A stretch of 62,741 bases of DNA, counting the filler, from Choristocarpus tenellus KU-1152 (taxonomy: Eukaryota > Protista > Phaeophyceae), in the NCBI GenBank assembly GCA_964200185.2. It is 10 parts of 10 records of this genome, joined end to end, with 100 filler letters (N's around TTAATTAATTAA, not from the genome) between each part and the next. Parts side by side here need not be neighbours in the genome. Positions count along the whole stretch, not along the records: positions 52,897 to 58,747 come from CAXNAD020009596.1; positions 58,848 to 62,741 come from CAXNAD020017301.1; 8 more parts are not named here. One strand, written 5' to 3'. Position 1 is the first letter of the stretch, and each line of letters begins with the position of its first letter. Under the pieces are notes generated by a model. That model was not told where the DNA came from. It ran no database searches and saw only the letters and a list, made by a program, of their open reading frames with translations. Shown here one piece after another: positions 54,061 through 62,741 of this stretch. Both the position numbers and the translations under genes were made by a program.

Positions 54061-56263
54061 TCTGTGCTTTTACTGAGAGGAGGAAGTACTTAATTTCAGT
54101 AAAACACACACTAAATATTGAATCCTAGATGATACCCCCAAGGAATATCAAATGTGTAGTGTACAAATATTCTGGAGAGGTAATAAAAAGTGCATGTAAA
54201 TTGTGAAGAGTTAAAACTTCTGACATCAGAGATGAATAGATCATTTGTTGAAGCCTTTTTGATGAATTGATTGGACTACAGAGGTGCCTACCTCTAAAAC
54301 CTAACCATTGAAAACACCTACCTACCTCCCTACCCTAGTCCATCTGTTTCATTGTAAGCTACGGCAAACGATCTATTCCCCAATGAAATTGGAATTTTTT
54401 CCATATTCTGAATGTCGTGGTATTGACTAGCGTTCTAAATTGGGTTTCAGTTTAGTAGTGGATGGTATGGTATGACAACAGTTGAAACTACTGATGATAT
54501 ATGGATTACGTTTTTGTATCGTTTGAGGTATATGCATTTTAGTGTTACACTGCTCCACTGACCTTCTGATTACTTGATGGAATTCCAGGGTTTCTGTGAC
54601 TTTTTGAACCCTATTACACATACAGGAGAGGTTAGGTAGGACCCAGCGACATAAACTGACAAAATGGAGACCACAGTCAAAACCTGCAATTGGGTGCTTT
54701 TCGCGAGAGATATCCTTGAGAACTAGAGAATGGATGGATGTCAACCAGATGGGGGGTCCTGTGTCTCACTGTTGAAGAGGAAACTGAATGTTGGGGACCT
54801 GAGCTGGTCATAGTTTTATGGCTAGGGTCGGGATAATCCCCAGACTAATGTGGAGATAATGAATAGTCCAGGGGTCTTCTACATGGTTACTACGACAGTG
54901 GTAAAACCACGATTGTTTTGCATGGTTGAGGCTACGGTTAGGAAAAATGTCCCTGTTATCAGAAATCTACAGCTAGAGTTGTGGAGATGATGGAAAACCT
55001 GTCAGAATTTTCCAAACATACCCTGGTGACCACAGGTGCTGTTCTCTATACTGCTGTACCTACCACGCCGAGAATTCTAGTACAATGTGTACTGTCCAGT
55101 CTTAATAGTGTGCGACCGAGCATAACTGTACGAGCCAGTGGCACACTAGCCAAAGAAAAACAAAATGCGAAGATGGGAACTACTCCATATTGTACTTGAA
55201 ACTAAGATCATATACATCAACAAGAGTTATATATAATCTCTTTGAAATGAAAGCATATTATTCTTAGAATCACAACCGTTGAAACTAATCGTAGGTTGAA
55301 ACTATAAAGGCAGTCGAGAAGAAAGAAATCCAATAAATTAAAATTAGTGAAGCCCCTGCTAGCAAAAAAAATCATGCCCACTGCTATTTATTTCTTATCA
55401 TGATAGTCTGAGGATTATTCTGCACAGGTACAATACACTGCACTACTTCTCATGCAGTAGTAGCTGCTAGGACTGACTAACTGTTGTACCATTATGGATG
55501 AACCTAGCATAAAGGAGAAATGGGATATCTAGTTAATTATTGGAGTTAGACAAAAATAATGGTCGGAAACCTGGGGACAACTTGGAGTGTGTGAAGTTCG
55601 TTTTGAGATCCTAACACCTCGTGAAACTCAAGATACGGGCCATATAAGACCTATTTGGACGAAATATTTGAGCCTCAAAACGTCTTTTTATTAATTCATG
55701 GAATGGAAGCTGACATCCTACTTTGTTGACCAAGATATAGAATGAGAAGTAGTGCAGCGTGTAATTAATTAGTCCTGCATGGTGTCAACACGATAGATTC
55801 ACAGTGGACAGATTTGTATAGATATATATTTCCATGTCATCAACCTGTGGCTTAATGAGTTTGTACCTCTCATCAGTCCTCCTGAACACTCCTCCCATAA
55901 CCCTTGAGATGTTAAATTTTCTCTCCTTCCAAGTTTCCACAACACTAAGAACCTTCTTGTATCCCATTTCCACTGGTTTGGTGGGTAGCCTCCAACGCCC
56001 CACTCTTACCCATACGATCATGGATGAAGTGGTAAAACAGCAACATCAGTACACATATGCTTGCCCCTTTGAAGCACCTCTTCGCGGAACAACTTCATTT
56101 CCTCCATTTGATTTCGGCGATGAGGTTACTTTGCCTATTGAATATTTTATTACTTGTGGTAGCATTCAAGTTCCACTTCCTCGTCACTCCAGCCATATGA
56201 GCCCTTACCTTGCCTTTGGTTGGCATTCTTCGTAATATTTTTGATAGCGAATAGTATGTAACA

Positions 56264-56345
56264 AAGCTGTTAGCCGAGTGGCTTGATTGCTAATTACTTA
56301 CTTCTGCACGGCTGGAGTCATGGGTTCGATTCTTGACGGACTCGT
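56264..56345 (+). pseudogene. Degenerate tRNA-like sequence (tRNA pseudogene or SINE head)
   Basis: A box TAGCCGAGTGG (56271-56281), B box GGTTCGATTC (56323-56332); acceptor and T stems only partly pair. Confidence 0.6.
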
Positions 56346-56361
56346 TAATCTCTCTTTGGTT

Positions 56362-58747
56362 TGCTACAAGTCTCTGACGCAGTGCCACTGACGCACAAGG
56401 ACTGACGCAGTGCCACTGATACAGACATGTTCTGACGTGTCTGCTGATGAGGGTCGTAGATAACGAGGCAGGGCACCCTCCCTCCTCGAGAGATGGTGCT
56501 TACTCCGCTAATAAATTCATTCATACCGCATTAAGCAAAAACTACATTCGAAAAGCTCTTTTGCACAGGTTATGAATGAGCCTCACAGGTATGGAAGTGA
56601 ACCCACGTAAGCTGCCACTATGGACTGGCGCGCGAGGGCAACAAGGGAGAAGTGGGCAGAATGTCGGATGGTGCTGGTGAGCTATGCAGGTGGGAAGGGA
56701 CTGTACCGCATCCTCCAACCGGTGTACCACATCCCTGCATCTCCTACGGCTGATACATCCTTTGGGGACCGCAGCACATACGAGGAGTACATCAAACATC
56801 CCGAGGCCTTGTTGTTCCTGCTGGGCCAGGCCACAAGGGGGGCCGCAGCGATGGTGGTCAGCACTCACAAGAACAATGGCAGTCCCAACAGGAGGGCAGC
56901 CTGGCTCGAATTGAAACAGATCTACGGGGGGGGCGCTGCGGTGCAGCGGTTCATGCAGCTCATACCTCTCGAGATGAAGGTGCGGGACATGTACTGCTGA
57001 TAGGTGGAGGATTCTGCCGACTTCGTCATCCATCTCGATCACATCTGGACGGAGTACGGGCAGCGCCAAGGAGGACCACGCCAAGGTGAGGGCTCTGATC
57101 ATCGGCATCAGGGACAGCAAGCATGCCACAGGTGTCCGCGCAGCTATCCACAGCTCCAGACCTCACCTACGACCAACTCAAAAATACAATCATCTCGTCC
57201 TCTTCAAACATGACGACGGGGGTCGCGGGGGAAATAACCAGGAGATCGGGGGCTATGGTGCTCCACACCGGTGCAGGGACACTGACAGGATAGGGGTCTG
57301 GGAGCGGCCTCGGTACCAACCAATGTGCTTTTTGTATCAAACACAACCACAGGTGGAAGGAGTGCCACTCGTACCTGCCCGGTAAACGTCCTGCTAAGTG
57401 CCCCCACGGGCTTGGGGCGACACACAAGATCAGCGGTGGTGGGGGCAGCGACAAGGCTGATCGCCAGGGCTCATTGCGGGCGTTCCTGGCGATGAACATG
57501 TCTGTTGGGGAGGACGTGTACAACAGGGTGATCGAGGCAGCACTCCTGTCCTCATCTCAAGATCTGTCCAAAACCATCACCCTCCTATGCGACTCGGCTG
57601 CAAACGTGCACCTTACCCCCTGACTGCAGGACTTCACTGCAGCAACAACTATAACCCGCACCTGCACCTTTCGAAACAAAGGTATGCTGGATGCACGAGC
57701 AACCGGCGAGATGGTCCTGGATGCAACTGACGAGACGGGCACACCGACCATGATTGTGCTCCAGGATGTGCTCTGGGTACCGGGTCTGCCATGCAGGCTT
57801 CTCAACACAGGCAGCGTGCGGCGCAAAGGGAGGTGAGTTCGTGGACTCAGAGATCAGGAGGAGCTACATCCAGCCCAACAAGGGCGGCAACCAAGATCTA
57901 TTTGGAGGAGAAGGGAGCCTTCCTCATGCTGCGGGGCCAGTTTCGCGTCGAAAGGGGAAGAAGGGCCTGGCAACGGTCAATGCTTGCTACGCCAATAAGC
58001 AGCAACACCTTTCCCTCTCCGACTGGCACAACATCATGGGTCACCTCAACCCATTCGCGATCCAGCACCTGGAGAAGCACGGCCTCCTGGACATCGCAGA
58101 TGCCACAGTCCCCTCAGAGCTCTACTGCCAAGTATGCAAGGAGTGCAAGTCTGAGGCACTCAGTTACGAACGGGGGGGCGGCCGCAGCCCAAGTCGTGGA
58201 CGAGGCCAGCCGAAGGAAGCGCGTGATGAGTTTGCGTACAAAAGGCGCTGCCACCGCGGCCACAGCTGCCTACGTTGAGGAAATGGCTCGAGAAGGGGTG
58301 GTGGTGAGATACATCAGTGGGGATGGCGCTGGCGAGTTCCAGAGGAGCGTAAGGTTCCAACGCATGCTGACAGAGCAGGGCGTGAAATGGTGTAAGACCC
58401 CCCCATGCACACCCCAGAGCAACGGGATTTCTGAGCGGGCAATTAAACAGGTGAAGCAAGCGGCGCGAAGCCAGCTGATCCAGGCTGGACTGGGGGAGGA
58501 GTTCTGGTTCTTTGCGGTGGTAGATGCCACATACGACCACAGGCATGCCACACGAGTACCTGGGCAAGATACCATGCAAGCGCCTGACCAACAAGCCATT
58601 CAATTACAAGTGGCTCCGTGTGTTCGGGATGGAGTACTTCGTGCATCAGACCAAGCAACAGCGTGGCTCCAATACCAAGTTCCACCTGTATGCGAAGTGG
58701 GGGATCCTCGTTGGGTGTGACAGGGCATCACTGTGCTGTCACGTGTA
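56362..58747 (+). mobile_element. Degenerate Ty1/Copia retrotransposon: putative 5' LTR 56362-56567, PBS, gag, protease, integrase; cut by contig end
   Basis: TG...CA segment followed by GGTTATG (tRNA-Met-fragment PBS type); zinc knuckle CAFCIKHNHRWKEC (57324); protease LCDSAANVHLT (~57585); WHNIMGHLN...CQVCKECK; GDGAGEF...TPQSNGISERAIK; stops and frameshifts. Confidence 0.93.
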
Positions 58748-58869
58748 NNNNNNNNNNNNNNNNNNNNNNNNNNNNNNNNNNNNNNNNNNNNTTAATTAAT
58801 TAANNNNNNNNNNNNNNNNNNNNNNNNNNNNNNNNNNNNNNNNNNNNCCCCCCCGGATACTATGAGTCC

Positions 58870-60210
58870 CCGGTGTTCCATGGTGGACGTGATGTACACT
58901 GTACATTCCCTCCAAGAGCTTGTCTGGGAAAAATGTCTACCACTATTCTCGTGTTTTGTCGATCTACAGAAAGCATATGACTGTTGATTGGGACCTCCTG
59001 TGATGTGTTGTTCAAATTTGGCATACCTCCAAATATCTCTTTCATCCTTCAATCCCATGATGGTATGAAGGAATATGTTCGCATAGATGATGGAGAGTGC
59101 ACAGACTGGTTTGAGGTTCGGCAGGACCTTCAACAGGGGTGTGTTCTTGCTCCAACCCTCTGAGTCAAAGCACTTAAGAGGGTAGTGCCACGTCTGTTCG
59201 GGGTCATAAATTAAATGTTGCGATTTTGATTAATTTTGGCTATCGTGTTTGTTAGCAAGTGTCAATATCCTTGCCCTGGACACATCTTTCATAGTCGTAT
59301 ACATTTTAGGTAACTCTGTTCACACAGAAAACCGAAAAAGGGTATTAAAAAACCCCATGCGAAGCCAAGCCCCGAATGGACAAACAGGGCAAAACTCCTA
59401 CCCCCTTAAATGCTTTGACTCTCTTCAATATCTTCTCCACTGCAGGGGGAAGTATGGCAGTTAAAGAGTCCACCTCTGATCTGACTATCTCCAGGGACCT
59501 TGTTTTCATCAAGAGAGCGCCCACGAACAACCAGATCAGGGGAGAGGGGGGAACAACCATCGATGATGCCACTAGTACTGTTGTGATGAACCGGAGGATC
59601 CAGAAAGTTTGGATTTGTCTTTGTGGTCACAGCTAAGTGTTTATAACAAGATGTCAGGTTTCTCACTTAAGTTGAAAATGAAAACGCTAAAAAACTGAAG
59701 TGTTTGAAGTTCTGTAATATGGCTGTGTGATGGAGACACTTCGCCAGGCCCATTATATAAGCTCCGCTTCCACCATTACAAATTCTTCCTGTGCTGCATA
59801 AGTTTCCGCAAAAAGGAATGCACCAATCATGTTTTATTATTTCAAAGATGCCCTTGTGAAGAATAGGTGTGGGAGTATCGAACCAACAGCGCGCAAATGG
59901 AGACTTCTTCTGGCTGGGTCGCATGGGGGATGAGCGAATTCCAATATATTGATTGATGTTTGGGGAGCTTGGCGATGGAAAACGGAAGCAAGGTGGACCC
60001 GAGAAGAACTTGTGGACATGCCTCAAAGACGACATTGACAAGGTTGGGATTGAGGGAAAGGGTTGGACCACGGGGGCTACTAACCAACCGAAGTGGTTAT
60101 GTGTGAATGTGACTAACGACATATCAAGGTTCATTACTGAATGGCATTCTCAGGAAGCTGTGATAGCTGATGTAATTCACACCAAAGCAGCAGCTAAGCC
60201 CACCCTAGCC
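58870..60210 (+). mobile_element. Degenerate RTE-type LINE (RT domains and C-terminus), interrupted by a MITE
   Basis: CFVDLQKAYD, FGIPP, WFEVRQDLQQGCVLAPTLFNIF, LMFGELGDGKRKQGGPEKNLWTCLKDD. Confidence 0.9.
59162..59421 (-). mobile_element. MITE family B copy inside the LINE RT, TSD TCT
   Basis: tct|gagtcaaagcacttaag...cttaaatgctttgactc|tct; removing it with one TSD restores APTLFNIF. Confidence 0.95.
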
Positions 60211-61345
60211 GCCAACATGACCACAATCATTGTCTGCTGCATGCTGTTTTTTCGTGGGCTGACTCTCTTGGATTATTTGTTCATCTTTCTTCCCCTCCCT
60301 CTTATTTTTTTGAGTGATGATGATGTTTTTTTGCTGCGGGTCCATTTCTTTCTTTTCTTCTCTTATTATTTTTTCTTTTTCTTTTTACTGCTTTCTTTTC
60401 TTTTATGGTCCTTATTGATTTCTCCCAAGCAGTTGTGTATGTTGCCTTCTTTGGACTAACTCTTAGACCCTGGGTCTGGAATCCCTCAGACAAAGTGTGA
60501 TGCACAGTGGTAACAATATTAATAATGATGTTACATGAACAAAAGCTTGTGTAATGTGAGGCATTTTTTTACGCACCATAATAGTATGTTCAAATACCTC
60601 TCAAGGTGTCGAACCCCCTGTTTTTTTGTTCCATTCCGGTCTATGTAAATCGTCTTGCTTCTTTTCCCACCTGTTGACTCAAAGCGGTCACGGAAAACAC
60701 ATGCCCCTTGTGCGTCTGGACTTATTTACACGTAAGTAAGAGCAAGACCTAATACGATTCAAATATGCATGTATGTAGCAAGGTGACATCAAGAAATTGA
60801 CACGTTAGCAAGTAAGACAGGGGATCCAAGGGAGATTTGAGAAAGGAGCTGGAACGATGAGTGGTGGGAAGGCTGAACCCGACGCGTTATGAGCAAGCCA
60901 CGAAGGGGGTAATACTTGGAAGATAAATGGTCCTGAAGGCACCAATACCTGTAGTTCGTACATTATTAGTCCTAGTAGTGCAGTACGTAGCTACAACAGG
61001 CAGCGCTAGCTGTAGATATTTAATTGTATGAGAAGTAGTGCATTCTGTAATAATGCCTCTGACCATGGGTCAGGATATATTCCCCAGAGTGAAGTGACGC
61101 AAACTGGTACTGTAGTACCTATTGCCATAGATACAAAGGGGTGGATAGTTTATTCTATTGGTATAGTTGGACACCCTATCTTTCCCTCCTATCAGTAGTC
61201 CAACAAAGTTCATTTTTTTTAAATGAGCACTACTTGATGAGGTGATGGTTGGCCTCAGAATGTGATTTGTGTCTAATGTGCTGTCTGGCAGGGTCCGGTT
61301 ATGTGATTCCTTATTACTATTATAGTAGTTTAATTTTTTTACGTT

Positions 61346-61582
61346 GAGCTAAAGAAACGAGAGGTACCCAGATTTTGGTCGCTTTGCATTTTATGTCACC
61401 TTTTTCATCTTCTACAATTCACCCATATTTCTACGGATGAAGCACTAAGATTGATTTGAGATCATTGGTTTCTCTATTGTTTGAAATTTTTCGACCAAAT
61501 TCAGAAAATTCCCTACAGGAATTTGTACAAAAATTCGAAATTTGCACATATTTATCAGCATACCTCTCACGTAATTTGTCTT
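61346..61582 (+). mobile_element. MITE family C copy, TSD GTT
   Basis: gtt|gagctaaagaaacgagaggtaccca...tacctctcacgtaatttgtctt|gtt. Confidence 0.85.
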
Positions 61583-62024
61583 GTTGGTCACTTTAAAGGT
61601 CAAAGTTTCGCACAGTGCACTTACATTATCCATTCGATGCATGCAACCAAATCACCCAAAAATCACGTCATTGAAAAATGTGCCCCGAATAGACAGCCGC
61701 CACCCGCCACCCGCCACCCCCCAGATACTTTGAGGCTGTGACTCTTCTCCTGGCCATGGGCAACAAAGATCTGCCAGGCTAAGTGCAGTTCCCAAGTCGC
61801 GTGCAGCGATACTGGGCTGTAATTCTCTGGAGAAGATGTTTCAAAGATGACAAGATAGGACACCCGGAGTTGATGTGTTGTCAGAATATGGCGATTACTT
61901 ATTCTAAATAGAAGGTCAGGGTGCAAGTTGAGCCTGGAGAACAAGATTCAAGAGCAGAGGAACAGTACCAGTGAACCATGGACATTCAAGTTTTCAATTT
62001 GGTAGCAGGTAGATGGATACGGAT

Positions 62025-62215
62025 GGACATATTGGATATGGCGAATCAGACTGGGCAAACGACCCTGTTTCAAGAAAAAAAAGAAAGCTGAACGAACGGC
62101 AATGCCACACGGGATGGGGCATCACATTTTTTTATCCAAGGATTTTTTTGGCAGAGCTTGTTCTGCAACAAGAGGCTACCACTTGGTTTGAGGACAACCA
62201 AGCGGCCATCCAGGT
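62025..62215 (+). mobile_element. Copia RNase H remnant (internally deleted)
   Basis: GYGESDWANDPVSRK...FLAELVLQQEATTWFEDNQAAI. Confidence 0.8.
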
Positions 62216-62559
62216 AGATTTTTGAACAGTGGTTTGTGTTTTGTGCTATGGACACTTTGTGCGGTAGCGAACAATATAATTGGTATTGCCTTCAAGTGAA
62301 GCACATACAAGAAGTACGAGGTAGGAAAAAGTAATACAGGGCAATGAGTCAGTTATTGACAGAAGATCAAGACTGATCGAGAGTTACGGACAAAAAAGGA
62401 AGAATCATTGACGACAAAACAGTTTCGGTAAAGATTGCCCGAATGGACAAGAGCTGACATATCTGTTCACGGATTAAAGGCGAAAGCAGCTTTGCACTGA
62501 TCAAGGATTTGACTGGGGTGAGATGTATAGGTGGAGTGAATGGTCTCTGTTGCACTTGA

Positions 62560-62741
62560 GGCTCAAAGTATCTGGGGGGGAGTGGCAGCTGTCCATTCGG
62601 GGCCCAATTTTTCATGTCGCAATTTTTGGGTGATTTGGTTGCATGCATCGGATGGATGATGTAGTACACTTCTCCTGGTCAGGGCCCAAATGGACACCCT
62701 GGTGTAGACCCCCCCCCCCCCCCCCCACCAATATTTTACAC
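62560..62741 (+). mobile_element. MITE family A copy
   Basis: ggctcaaagtatctggggggg...ggtgtagacccccccc. Confidence 0.9.

Overview
Eukaryotic nuclear DNA, most likely a brown alga or close ochrophyte relative. The basis is intron-rich genes, a plastid-targeted GapC1 and brown-algal-type RTE LINE relics. The window is ten contigs joined by nine artificial 100-bp spacers (N44-TTAATTAATTAA-N44), so adjacency across spacers is not evidence. Recognisable host genes, all truncated by contig ends: a head-to-head WDR92/DNAAF10 and proteasome beta-3 pair, plastid GAPDH, a SKP1-like first exon, probable NEK-kinase C-terminal exons and a few orphan exons. Most of the rest is decayed transposon DNA: Copia, Gypsy, RTE LINE, DD39D-mariner and IS630/Tc1 relics. 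Two things stand out. (i) Three internally unrelated MITE families share a GRNNCAAAGYA terminus and make 3-bp target-site duplications (TSDs), shown by empty sites within the window. (ii) A decayed element of about 7 kb in contig 1 has Zisupton/KDZ-like transposase motifs and a PHD-like finger, and pieces of it recur in inverted and direct orientation. I found no intact novel multi-gene system that I can support.
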